From: a virus
Lineage: Duplodnaviria; Caudoviricetes
Strand: one strand, 5' to 3'
Virus record (IMG/VR): IMGVR_UViG_3300025635_000117
Span: 1 to 30,213 of that record
DNA: 30,213 bases
Position 1 is the first letter of the stretch; every line of letters begins with the position of its first letter. The notes beneath the pieces are model-generated. The model worked only from the letters and a program-made list of their open reading frames with translations, searched no databases and was not told the origin of the DNA. Shown one piece after another: positions 6,571-16,197 of this stretch. Made by a program: the position numbers and the translations under genes.

Positions 6571-9500
6571 CGTTCAAGATCCTCCTTAATCATCTGATAC
6601 CTATCCTGTTCCATCTTCAAAACTCTAGGCCAAAGACGCTCGAAACGATTCATCTGCGCTTGTGTCGCCTGATCAATCGGCTTTGAAACAATGTTAAGGT
6701 ATTCTGGAGTCTTTACGACACGCCCAACAGCAGCAGCGGTTGCATCGCTAAGTCCTTTTCCAAACTGTCTATATGCAGCGTATCCTCCGAGTCCCGTCAA
6801 TGCACCCATCGGACCAGCAGCCTGAAAACCGACGTAACCACTTAAAGCCGGAAAGACGATTTGCCTGAAAACACTCGGTTTTCCAAGGTCAGAAATTTGC
6901 TCCAATTGATTTGCAATTTTTGTGATGCGAGAGATTCCATCGTCTCCAAACAATCCCTTGGTTATTCCAAAGTATTTGCCGGGAGCTTCACTAGTTCCAA
7001 CAAGATCTTTGATCTTTGCCGTGTTGATTTTGTTTCCGTCAACCGACTCGGCAATGATGCGTCCAACCAAAAGGTTTTGAGCATCGCCGATCAAGTCAGG
7101 TCTTGATTGGCCAACAGCCTTGAGAAACTGCTTGCTGCGGTAGTTAAGAGATTCACCTTCCTTGGCAACCAAGAAATCAATCAGGCTAGAAGGTTCAAAG
7201 CTTTCAAGCTGACCCCCAGGTTCCAACGCTTTTTTGACTGCCGCATTGAATCTTCCTCGAGCATTGCTAGCAGTTACAACTGCCTCTTCAAGTGCTTTGT
7301 ACAAAGGCTTTCCGCCCTGCGTCTCAATGTTCCTGATAACATCGTCCAACTTGATCGTGTCGAGAACATCGACGTTTTTAGCGCGAGCATCTCGAACTTT
7401 GGCTTCAATAGCCGCGAGAGAATCGATGATCCGTTGCTCTCTTGAAGTTATGTTCTCGGCCTTGAGATTGGCTTTTGTTTTGGCAATTTGATCTTCCTGC
7501 TTGATTGCCGCATCCAGTTTTGCCTGAGCGCCAGAAATGTTGTTATCAACATCGTTTCTCAAAGCGTCAATTTGACCTTTCAGGTCGTTTGACTGCTTTT
7601 CCAAAGACGCCTTTCTGTTGACCAATGAACTGTACTTTGAGGCGACATCAGTTATTTCGGAAATGTCTGGAAACAATTCGTCAATAACCTCTTTCTGAAG
7701 ACCAGTCGCCTTTCCACTGTTTCCAGCGGTAATCGCCTTCAGAAAATCATTTGGATTTTCACCGCGTGACTGAATGAAAACAAACTGCCTCAAATCCGGC
7801 TTTATCTCGTTGTATCGAGTTCCAAGGAGGTTTTTTAAAAGCCTCAGATTTTGAGGTCCAGTTGCGCCAGCAATGGTTCCAACGATTCCCGGCATTCCAC
7901 CTTGCTCACCAGCCTCTCGTAAAATTTTGTCAGCAAAAAATCCTTTGAATCTTGAAATACCTTCTCGATACGCAGCGTTTTCCTGCTGCAAAGCTGTTTT
8001 AAGGGCAGGATTGGACGCTAAAGCCTCATCAAGCTGTGAGTTAATTTGATCAAGATCTTCAAAAACTGAATAATCAGCTTTTTGAACAGGCTTTCCAAAA
8101 TTGATTTTTCGAAGAATATTTGTGCGTTTCTGACGCAGTTGATTTACCGTGTACTCTTTTGTCACCTCTTCTCCGGTTGGAGATATTTCGGTGACTGTTA
8201 ATTTTGTGTTTTCAAGATCTGGATTGATCTTTGCGTATCCTTCTTCCCGATCTTTCTTGAACTTATCAAGCTCCTCTTGAGCAATCTGCTGTGTTTTAAG
8301 GCCCAGCGATTCTTTGGTGATTCCACCAGTAGGGCCATATCCAGCAGCTCGGCCTGCCTCAATGCTGGCAATCTGCTGGTTTAGATCAGCGACTTGAGCG
8401 TCGATTCGCTGTCTCTCGACAGACTCTACCGGCAACGACTCGCGCTGCTTTTGAAGCTGATCGATTTTATCTCGAAATCCCTGAGACTCAACACTTGCAC
8501 GACCCTCTAATGCTCGAATCACATCTGTCAAACGTGCATCGCGTGAAGCATTTCGAACATCGCGCAAATTGGTGATTCGATTGCGAAGAGCTTCAGATTC
8601 TCCAACAAAAGCGTCGATTGCATCGTTAGCCACCCTATTGGCCTGCTCGTCTGGAATAGCTATCGATTTCTGGAGTTCAGTTTTGATTGCCTCAGAAAGA
8701 TCTTGCCCAGTCAAACCGGAAGAACCGGCAGTGTTCATCGACTGGCTGACAACATTTCTGATCTGTTCCTGAAACTGCTGAGGATTCAGGCCTGAATTTG
8801 GAGAATAAAGTGCGCGAGCAAGATCGCCGGAAAATCGGTCAAACATTCCAACTGACCCCTGTTCGACCATTTGCCGACTGATATCTTCTTTTCGCTCCTT
8901 GATGAATTGCTGCGTAAACGGACGTTGCAGTTCAGCGGCCCATTCTCTCGCATTAAAACCACTTCTGGCCAAAGCACCGCCACCTCTTGCAAATCCACTT
9001 AGAGTTGGACTCAGAAATCCACCAAGTCCTGTCCTAAAAAGGACGTTGGACAAATCAGCGGAATCTTGGTCGAGAGTTTCAAGGCCAGCCTGAAGACCAG
9101 AAGTCAAAACGCCGCTTCCAGCTTCTTTTGTAAACTGCGTGAATTTTCTGGCCTGCTGACCGACCGGAACACCGGGAATAGCCTGAGCAAACATCTCCCC
9201 GGCTCGATACGGCTCAGGAGAAACTGTCTGACCAAGTGCCGCAGATCCTAGTCCGACTCCAGACTCGGTTGCCAATCCAGCAACAGTCCCCATTCCGGCA
9301 ATAAATGGTGCAGCAATCAATGACGTTGAGGCTGGCAATCCTGCGGCAAATCCACGGCGATAACCTTGAGCTTCAGCAGCTCCAAGCGGAGTGAATTGTC
9401 CAGACGGCTGAAGCCTTCCACCCTCAAAAGGTGCAAGCATTCCAGTCGGCTCGGCCATTTGGCCCATAGTGCCGACAAAACGTTCCATTTTTCCAACGTT

Positions 9501-9761
9501 TCCAGCATCCTGTACAGCTCGATTCAACTGAGCAGTCGAACCAACTGCAACCGCAGCCTGAGCTTCAGGCAGCGCCGAAACCATACCCTGCTCTTCACGC
9601 CGACGCATCTCGGCGATGGTGGCTGGACCTGGCGACTTAGGTTGAGTTGATATTCCTTGTGCTGCCTCGTAATCCAAAATGGCCTTAAAATCCGCTTCCG
9701 TTGGAGGATTCGGATTAGACCAGTCGTATTCCCTTCCAGACGGAGTGGTGATTGTTCCCAT
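6567..9761 (-). CDS. Large internal virion / DNA ejection protein
   Basis: 1064 aa with Gly/Ala-rich hydrophobic hairpins near both ends and coiled coils. Third of three genes of increasing size after the tail genes, as in podovirus ejectosome order. Confidence 0.65.
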   Translation of the reverse strand: MGTITTPSGREYDWSNPNPPTEADFKAILDYEAAQGISTQPKSPGPATIAEMRRREEQGMVSALPEAQAAVAVGSTAQLNRAVQDAGNVGKMERFVGTMGQMAEPTGMLAPFEGGRLQPSGQFTPLGAAEAQGYRRGFAAGLPASTSLIAAPFIAGMGTVAGLATESGVGLGSAALGQTVSPEPYRAGEMFAQAIPGVPVGQQARKFTQFTKEAGSGVLTSGLQAGLETLDQDSADLSNVLFRTGLGGFLSPTLSGFARGGGALARSGFNAREWAAELQRPFTQQFIKERKEDISRQMVEQGSVGMFDRFSGDLARALYSPNSGLNPQQFQEQIRNVVSQSMNTAGSSGLTGQDLSEAIKTELQKSIAIPDEQANRVANDAIDAFVGESEALRNRITNLRDVRNASRDARLTDVIRALEGRASVESQGFRDKIDQLQKQRESLPVESVERQRIDAQVADLNQQIASIEAGRAAGYGPTGGITKESLGLKTQQIAQEELDKFKKDREEGYAKINPDLENTKLTVTEISPTGEEVTKEYTVNQLRQKRTNILRKINFGKPVQKADYSVFEDLDQINSQLDEALASNPALKTALQQENAAYREGISRFKGFFADKILREAGEQGGMPGIVGTIAGATGPQNLRLLKNLLGTRYNEIKPDLRQFVFIQSRGENPNDFLKAITAGNSGKATGLQKEVIDELFPDISEITDVASKYSSLVNRKASLEKQSNDLKGQIDALRNDVDNNISGAQAKLDAAIKQEDQIAKTKANLKAENITSREQRIIDSLAAIEAKVRDARAKNVDVLDTIKLDDVIRNIETQGGKPLYKALEEAVVTASNARGRFNAAVKKALEPGGQLESFEPSSLIDFLVAKEGESLNYRSKQFLKAVGQSRPDLIGDAQNLLVGRIIAESVDGNKINTAKIKDLVGTSEAPGKYFGITKGLFGDDGISRITKIANQLEQISDLGKPSVFRQIVFPALSGYVGFQAAGPMGALTGLGGYAAYRQFGKGLSDATAAAVGRVVKTPEYLNIVSKPIDQATQAQMNRFERLWPRVLKMEQDRYQMIKEDLER

Positions 9762-9763
9762 AA

Positions 9764-11143
9764 TTACGGAGTGTAAATAACACCAGAAGTTGAGTTTGTT
9801 GCGTTCATACGCGGAGTTACTCCAGCAGGAAGTGACGGAGCGGTTCCGGTCGATCCAGCGGGAGTCGATTGACGCTGCTGACCAAACGGGGTTAGGGGCA
9901 GCTTGTAACGACCAACAAGATCGTTGGCCAACTTCACTTGCTCACGGGTAATTTTGTACCTCGTCTTAAACGAATCAATCGTGTTCCACAAATCTTCCGC
10001 CGCAAAATTGGCGAAGTTGTTAACATCGTTGACAAAGTTGTTGCTCTTAATGTCGCCGATAGCTTTTTTGAGTCGGGTTCCTTCAGACTGAGTAACTGCT
10101 TTTCCTGAAGTGGCGAAGGCTTCTTCATTAAAAACCTTTTGAAACCTTTGAAGAAGACCATAGGCATTCTTCTCCTCATCAGTCTTAGCCTCCTTTGTCC
10201 TTCGGAGAAGCTCTTCAAGATTTCCATCAATGATGCCGACGTACTTTTGAATTTTTCCTTTTCCGTACGTTTGTTCAAACTTGTTCAGCTCATCGATGAG
10301 CTTTGAAGAGTTTCTCGCCGTAAGTTCGTCACCTCGAATTTGACGTCCATCTTCTTGCTGGGGGTATTTCCAGTCATTTTGCATCACATTGTTTTTGATT
10401 CCTGAAGCAGTACGAGCATCGGGTGTTCCAAACAGATCTTGCCAATCCGCCACGGCATCATTTGCAATGGTTATTTTCAAGCTATCGGAAGGATTGATGC
10501 GCCCTGCTCGACGAGCCTCAACATTGGCGCGAGCAGTTTTAATTCGTTCAGGAAGAGGAATGGTTCTATCCAACTGATAAACCTCTTCGGACATTTCCGT
10601 ACCGAGGTCTTTGATGGTCTGCCTTTCTTTCAACTGCTCTCTGATAAGAGGTAGATTTTTCTGATAAACCTCTTCATTAACCTGACCTGTCTGAGGGTCG
10701 AAAACATCGATACCCTCGTCCGTCATCGCTTTTACAGTATTTGCTCTAAGCTGTTCGAACTGTTCGCGAGCTTTGATGATTTTTGCTCGCGGAGAATATT
10801 GCTGAAGACCTTGGTACGCCTGAGTTGCCTGCTGATTAAACACCTTCGACCTAAAGCGTGGCAGCGCAGGCATTGGAGCCTTCAACTCAGGATCGTTAAA
10901 GTAAGTTCCAATGTCCTCGTTGAACTTCTGGAACGTATCAAACTCAGCATCCTGAGCTTCTTGTTCTGCCAGCGCATCCGCATACGCTTTCGACTGAATC
11001 TTATTCTGAAGATCGTACTGACGCTGACGCATGAGCTGGTCAGCAGTCTGCATCTGCAACTGCTCCATCATCCGCTTCTGCGTCTGCGCGCGGTCGTAGA
11101 GGCTTGCGCCTAGCTGAAATGCTTGAAGGGTTTCGTCGGCCAT
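9764..11143 (-). CDS. Internal virion / DNA transfer protein
   Basis: 459 aa helical protein with a Q-rich N-terminus (AFQLGASLYDRAQ...). Syntenic with P22 gp20/T7 gp15-type genes. Confidence 0.6.
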   Translation of the reverse strand: MADETLQAFQLGASLYDRAQTQKRMMEQLQMQTADQLMRQRQYDLQNKIQSKAYADALAEQEAQDAEFDTFQKFNEDIGTYFNDPELKAPMPALPRFRSKVFNQQATQAYQGLQQYSPRAKIIKAREQFEQLRANTVKAMTDEGIDVFDPQTGQVNEEVYQKNLPLIREQLKERQTIKDLGTEMSEEVYQLDRTIPLPERIKTARANVEARRAGRINPSDSLKITIANDAVADWQDLFGTPDARTASGIKNNVMQNDWKYPQQEDGRQIRGDELTARNSSKLIDELNKFEQTYGKGKIQKYVGIIDGNLEELLRRTKEAKTDEEKNAYGLLQRFQKVFNEEAFATSGKAVTQSEGTRLKKAIGDIKSNNFVNDVNNFANFAAEDLWNTIDSFKTRYKITREQVKLANDLVGRYKLPLTPFGQQRQSTPAGSTGTAPSLPAGVTPRMNATNSTSGVIYTP

Positions 11144-11146
11144 AAA

Positions 11147-12001
11147 TCAGCGGATTCCGGGGTAGAATGAGGACGGAGGAAGAGCGTAAACCGTAGCCGG
11201 TGACATCGGATTCGGATAAGCAGTTTCTCCAGTGCTGTAATCGACGGTAGTGCTGTTCACGCTCGGCTGACCGCCTGGACTAGTAGCGTACGGATTCTGT
11301 TGCGCCATCAATCCACGCTGCATGTAAGCGCCACCAGCGAACGATCCAGCCTGAGACAGCGCTCCGCCAATCGCAGCAAGCGTAGGATCAGGCATCGCAG
11401 CGGCCTGAGCAGCGGCAAGATTCCGGCTGTACATCGCCTGCTGCTGGTTCTGCAAAACACCAACACGCTGAGCAGGGGTGATGAACATGCTGCTCACCGA
11501 GAACGGCTGAGTCATGCCATACGCTCGCTGCTGCTGGATGAAGTTCTGAGCTTGAGCAAGACCTTGATTCTGAAGCTGCAACGAAGTCAGCCCAAGATCG
11601 CGCGCGGTCAAAGCTCTACCAAATCCAGATGCGCCACCAAATCCACCGGCAAGAGCGCGTCCAGCGGTCGAACGCTGAATCTGAGCAGCAACATCAGTCG
11701 GCAATTCACCGCGCAAAGCTGATCCGATGTTCTTGCTGGCCTGCTGAACGATCTGATCGTAACCAGGAATCGCACGACGAAGCTGCTCCTCAAGCTGAGT
11801 CTGCTCAGCAGCGGTCGTCTTTCTGGCCAACTCAGTCGCAGGTTCGAGCGACGCGATGTTTTGCTGAATCGCCTTCTGCTGTTCCTGCTCGAAATTGATC
11901 GGCTTCAACTCGGGAATCTTCGGCTTGCTTCCCTTTCCGAGAAGACCGCCAAGCAAGCTGCTCGCACCCAGAATTGCCGCACCACCTAGAATAGCTCCCA
12001 T
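11147..12001 (-). CDS. DNA pilot / ejection protein (P22 gp7/T7 gp14-like position)
   Basis: N-terminal MGAILGGAAILGASSLLGGLLG, Q/A-rich body and a second Gly-rich hydrophobic stretch (LAAIGGALSQAGSFAGG). Confidence 0.7.
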   Translation of the reverse strand: MGAILGGAAILGASSLLGGLLGKGSKPKIPELKPINFEQEQQKAIQQNIASLEPATELARKTTAAEQTQLEEQLRRAIPGYDQIVQQASKNIGSALRGELPTDVAAQIQRSTAGRALAGGFGGASGFGRALTARDLGLTSLQLQNQGLAQAQNFIQQQRAYGMTQPFSVSSMFITPAQRVGVLQNQQQAMYSRNLAAAQAAAMPDPTLAAIGGALSQAGSFAGGAYMQRGLMAQQNPYATSPGGQPSVNSTTVDYSTGETAYPNPMSPATVYALPPSSFYPGIR

Positions 12002-12004
12002 AAA

Positions 12005-12547
12005 TTAAAATACCTCCTTCGCAAGACGATTGCCGTTCTCAATCGAGAACACCTTTTCAGGTTCGTGACGTTGGATGTTCATGGTAACCAGTCGTGCAGC
12101 CTTTTCCTCAGGAAAAGCTCGCTCGTTCTGGAAGCAATGAACCCACACACGCCTCAAAGTATCCACCTTAAAAAGCTCGTCTTCACCGATTGTCATCACG
12201 TTGTGAGCAGCTGCCCACTTGTCAGCGTACTCGCGCAACGCTTGAACCGTCGGAAGATGAATCTCGTAGCCGAATCGCTCGGAACATTCTTTGGCCGACG
12301 ACTCGGGATTCTTTTTGACGTACACTTTGATCGAGTCCTCGACGACAGCTTTCGGAAGATATCCGTAAGTCGAGCAGTCGGCGACGTACTTGTAACGAGA
12401 GCGATACTCTTTAATCGACTTCCGCCAATTCGGATCAGTCGCTCCCTGCTCATGTAGGCCAATGCAGTCCGCTTCCAACGAGAAAAGGACCGACATGAAT
12501 GCCGATCCAAATCTCGGAAGACCGCAAATTTGAAAGAGTTTGCCCAT
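12005..12547 (-). CDS. Sulfotransferase-like P-loop protein
   Basis: Start re-called at ATG 12547 (TAATG overlap), 180 aa. FQICGLPRFGSAFMSVLF...CIGLHE matches the 5'-PSB loop pattern F.I.GLPRSGT...L......HE. KVYVKKNP sits at the 3'-PB position. Confidence 0.6.
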   Translation of the reverse strand: MGKLFQICGLPRFGSAFMSVLFSLEADCIGLHEQGATDPNWRKSIKEYRSRYKYVADCSTYGYLPKAVVEDSIKVYVKKNPESSAKECSERFGYEIHLPTVQALREYADKWAAAHNVMTIGEDELFKVDTLRRVWVHCFQNERAFPEEKAARLVTMNIQRHEPEKVFSIENGNRLAKEVF

Positions 12548-13518
12548 TAGAACCACTGGTAAAACCCACCGCCATTCAACCCGACTCCGACCATTCGGAT
12601 CGTGTGAACAGCGTCGCCCAAATACTGCATCGTCTGTTCCTGCACAGCTTGAACAGCTTTGGCTTCGTAGGCCACTGCTTCCTGAATCAAATCGTTCTCT
12701 TCCTTCCGAATCGCCATGACCATCAGCTTGATGGCATCGGGACACGGAGGAATGAGGTAGTCATTCACGCTCGTCGCGTTGATGTGGCGCATCTTCGCCA
12801 TCACCGTCACCGGCTTGTCCTCCTCGTTGTTGCAACGATCCGCTAGGTAGCTGCGACGATACTGCGGCAAAGTTTCATCAGGGTCGTAAACTGCCAGATC
12901 CGTCTCCAGCGTGGTCGTCGCGTCGTACTCGTACAAACGGCTGACCGTGTTCGTAGCCTCACGGATGACTCCGGTCAGTTCGGTGAATTTCTTGGTAGAC
13001 TGAACGTACGGCAAAGCGAGCGTCAGCTTCTCGCCGTCGATCCAGACTCCACCGCTCTGGGTTCGAATCCACTGCCCGTTCTGATCGACGCCCTGCAAGG
13101 TGATGGTTTTGCCGACATCCGAAGCGTCGCCAGGGTAGACTCGAAGATAGCTGTTAGTACCGCCAGACATGTCGCGGTAAGAAACCACAGTGCCACGGTC
13201 AATAAGCTGCTTGCCGACGCACACTTGATTTCCATTGAGAAGGCCATATCCGGTTTCCTGAAACTCGAACCATTGGTTTCGAACGGTTCCGACTCCGCAG
13301 CAATCGGCGATAGCTTCAATCGTCTCGATCTGACGCGGCCAAGTGATGCAGCCACCGACCGTGTGGATCGTGAAACGTCCGTAAGCTCCAGCCCACAGAC
13401 CCTTGTGAAGCAGTCGGCGGCAAGCCTGATTGATGTAGTCGTAAACGCGCGCGTCATCGACGCAAACGCCGATAGCCCGAGCAATCGTTGACCTGATATC
13501 TTGGACGATCAGCTTCAT
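12547..13518 (-). CDS. Virion structural protein, probable head-tail adaptor / tail tubular protein A
   Basis: 323 aa. N-terminal helices (VYDYINQACRRLL) and C-terminal DYLIP...AIKLMVMA...AYE pattern typical of adaptors, with an inserted beta domain. Located in the tail block. Confidence 0.55.
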   Translation of the reverse strand: MKLIVQDIRSTIARAIGVCVDDARVYDYINQACRRLLHKGLWAGAYGRFTIHTVGGCITWPRQIETIEAIADCCGVGTVRNQWFEFQETGYGLLNGNQVCVGKQLIDRGTVVSYRDMSGGTNSYLRVYPGDASDVGKTITLQGVDQNGQWIRTQSGGVWIDGEKLTLALPYVQSTKKFTELTGVIREATNTVSRLYEYDATTTLETDLAVYDPDETLPQYRRSYLADRCNNEEDKPVTVMAKMRHINATSVNDYLIPPCPDAIKLMVMAIRKEENDLIQEAVAYEAKAVQAVQEQTMQYLGDAVHTIRMVGVGLNGGGFYQWF

Positions 13519-14318
13519 TTGGTGTAGTAGACTCGGCTGGTTCGCTTGATGAAGTAAACACCGTAGAACGGCGGGAGATTGTTATGTCCGATAGCGTTCT
13601 GACTATCGTTGCCGGTCTTCTCAGCGTTGGTTGTAGAAATATCTCCGGTAGTGATGCTAGGGCCAGGACCACCGCCACCAGTGCCAGACGCGCCTTGGAG
13701 CGTTAGAGTCGCGTACGATCCAAGACCGCTCCACGATTTATTGACCAGATAATAATCGTCATTGTTGGGTGTGATTCTCTGGGCAACACCATGCGTGTGT
13801 TCGTTGAACGGTGTTTCCGCAACGATAAGCGTGTGCTTGTCCTCACCAGCAACGGAAGTGGTCGTTGAGGTTCCGTTAACATTTACCGTTCCGCTCGACG
13901 CAAACGCACCAACACCAACCGGAAACTTGGCATCGAAAGCTGTGTCGATGTCCCACATCGGACCTGTCATCACGTTGGTCGAGGTGGCGGTTCCATCCCC
14001 ACCGTCGTAACTCAAAACATCGGCGGCAGTGCCAACAAAAATGCGGCGTTCAGAACCGTTGGGGGGAACCGGATGTTGTCTCGCCCAGTAACCATTGATG
14101 CGAATCCACCAGTTTCCGTTCTCGTCAAGCCACGGAAAAATCTGATTGTTCAGCGTCGGAGTCGTCGGTCCAAAGTTGAAAAACGAGTTTCCAATCGAGC
14201 TGTTGAAGTTTGCCTGAGTGCCGCTGATGACATCGTTGGCCAACTGCTGGTAATTGGTCGGGCAATATCCGACCGGCAAGCTCGGCGGAGTCAGCGTGAT
14301 GAGGGTAAGATTTGGCAT
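13515..14318 (-). CDS. Tail tip / fibre protein with collar-like C-terminus
   Basis: KFPVGVG...GEDKHTLIVAETPFNEHTHG...HNNLPPFYGVYFIKRT is the conserved collar/T4 gp10-gp12-type C-terminal motif, including HxH. Confidence 0.8.
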   Translation of the reverse strand: MPNLTLITLTPPSLPVGYCPTNYQQLANDVISGTQANFNSSIGNSFFNFGPTTPTLNNQIFPWLDENGNWWIRINGYWARQHPVPPNGSERRIFVGTAADVLSYDGGDGTATSTNVMTGPMWDIDTAFDAKFPVGVGAFASSGTVNVNGTSTTTSVAGEDKHTLIVAETPFNEHTHGVAQRITPNNDDYYLVNKSWSGLGSYATLTLQGASGTGGGGPGPSITTGDISTTNAEKTGNDSQNAIGHNNLPPFYGVYFIKRTSRVYYTK

Positions 14319-14325
14319 ATCTTTG

Positions 14326-16194
14326 TTATGCGAGAGGATTAACCGATTCCGATGTGTAGGTCAGCGGATTGATATCGCAGACATCAAGCGGTGTGCAGGC
14401 CGGATACACCGTCCGGCACTCACCAACACTCGGTTCCTGAACGTCGTAAGCGTGAACGCGAATGCTCTTGATCCGGCAATACCCGATGATGTTCAGCATT
14501 ACCTGAACCTCGTAGAGGTTCCGAGCCGGTGTGCTGATCGTCTCATTGCACGGCAGATCCGAAGGCGTCGGAAAACGCATCTTCGGGCGATACTGCGGTT
14601 TGAAGTTGGTCAGCGGACACAGGTCCAAGCACTGCGTCGTCGTCGCGCATTCGGAGAAGTCGATCCACTCGATCCAGCCAGGATACTGATCAGGCCGATA
14701 GGTGACGTTGAACGAAACATCACCCTCAAGCTGATCGATGAACAAGTCGCCGGAATCGAGCCGCTTCAGGCCGAAAGGAACTTCGAAGTTGTAGGCGCGA
14801 GTCTGCACCATCCATTCGATTTCCTTCTTACCGTCCGTGATGTTGTTATCGAACTTGTCGCCCTTCGTAATCTCCCAGATTTGAATCGTGTCGTCCGATC
14901 CGCGAGCGATTGAGAAGCACCTGTCGCCGTAAGCGTTCTCAGTCTTGACGAGCTGCAAGACATTCAAACCTGTCCAGATTCCAGCCCAAGCCGGAGGGAA
15001 CTTCTTCCGCAGCGACGTAATTAGGTCGAAATCCAAGACCATCAGCGCCTTGTGAATGACGCCCTCAGCGTTGTACCGAGGTTGGCCGGTCATCAGCAGA
15101 CGATTGTCGAACACGACCGCAGAACTGGCCCACAGCAGATTCGTCTGATCGTTCTCAGCAATGTTCAGAATCTCGTTGCTGATGGGTGTATTTCCCCAGT
15201 CATTGAACGAGCGACGAGCGATGATGAACGAACGAACGCCATCTACAGCACGGTAGAAGACATCGCCATTGACCGTGATGGCCGACCGAGAACCAAGCGC
15301 ACCGCTAGTCAGCAAGCTGATAGCCTGAATCGGATAGTTCAGGTTCTTCCAGACATCACGATCAACAGGCGCTTGAACCGAGAAGACGTAACGAGGCGTG
15401 AAGACTAGAAGCGGCCCTTGCCCAAGCGACGTATCTGGATTCCCTGGGACGGCCATTGCCGTGATACCTCCTGAATCCGACGGAACCGCAAAGTCACCGC
15501 CTTCATTGAGGAAGGTGTTCTCGGTTTCTTTGAGAACACTGGCTCGCGTTCCATCTCCATAAACGATGTCAGTCGCACGGAAAGAAAACCCATTCGGCAG
15601 CGCGTACCAGATGCGGCCATTGACGTAGGCCATCATTCTGCCGCATTTGATTTCGTCATCCGTAGCACGGCGCAGATTCGTTCCGTTGAAGATCAACGGC
15701 TTGCTGAATCCGTCCTGAATGACGACGAAGTTCTCAGCCTGAACCATCCAGCCATCAAGCAGGTTCGACGGGTTCTCAAGATCCGGTGAAACCGTCAGGT
15801 TCTGAGCCTTGTTCTGCTCCGTGTCGTACAACCAGACATTGCCGCTGATCAACATCAGGATGAACGTGCGTCCATCATCGGCGATGTAGGGAAGCGCACA
15901 TTGGAATGTGCCGGTCAGCGACTGAGGTCCGTAGCACTCTTCCGACCAGCCATCAGCCGTTACATTCGTCTGATCAGCGGTAATCTGATCGTTGTCAGCC
16001 GTGATAGTAACGCACAGATCGTAATCTTTCTGAACGAAACCGGGACGAGGAGAGACGTAGCTTTGCCGGAAGCTGGCATTGACCGCGAACGCCACCTGAT
16101 TCTTGTCCACTTCCGACGGCATCACGCCGGAATCAATGCCACCCTCAAAGGTGACAGATCCGTCCGTGTACCTCCGTGGTGCGCGTTCGCTCAT
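14326..16194 (-). CDS. Tail nozzle / tail tubular protein B (P22 gp10-like stabilisation protein)
   Basis: 622 aa beta-rich. N-terminal TFEGGIDS...AVNA...PRPG, propeller repeats (YVNGRIWY, VNGDVFY) and C-terminal TRAYNF...LKR match nozzle proteins. Confidence 0.75.
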   Translation of the reverse strand: MSERAPRRYTDGSVTFEGGIDSGVMPSEVDKNQVAFAVNASFRQSYVSPRPGFVQKDYDLCVTITADNDQITADQTNVTADGWSEECYGPQSLTGTFQCALPYIADDGRTFILMLISGNVWLYDTEQNKAQNLTVSPDLENPSNLLDGWMVQAENFVVIQDGFSKPLIFNGTNLRRATDDEIKCGRMMAYVNGRIWYALPNGFSFRATDIVYGDGTRASVLKETENTFLNEGGDFAVPSDSGGITAMAVPGNPDTSLGQGPLLVFTPRYVFSVQAPVDRDVWKNLNYPIQAISLLTSGALGSRSAITVNGDVFYRAVDGVRSFIIARRSFNDWGNTPISNEILNIAENDQTNLLWASSAVVFDNRLLMTGQPRYNAEGVIHKALMVLDFDLITSLRKKFPPAWAGIWTGLNVLQLVKTENAYGDRCFSIARGSDDTIQIWEITKGDKFDNNITDGKKEIEWMVQTRAYNFEVPFGLKRLDSGDLFIDQLEGDVSFNVTYRPDQYPGWIEWIDFSECATTTQCLDLCPLTNFKPQYRPKMRFPTPSDLPCNETISTPARNLYEVQVMLNIIGYCRIKSIRVHAYDVQEPSVGECRTVYPACTPLDVCDINPLTYTSESVNPLA

Positions 16195-16197
16195 GCT

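Noticed and set aside
12548-12745. N-terminal extension of the 246 aa ORF-track call
   Set aside because: It lies inside the adaptor gene. The TAATG-coupled ATG at 12547 starts right at the recognisable domain.
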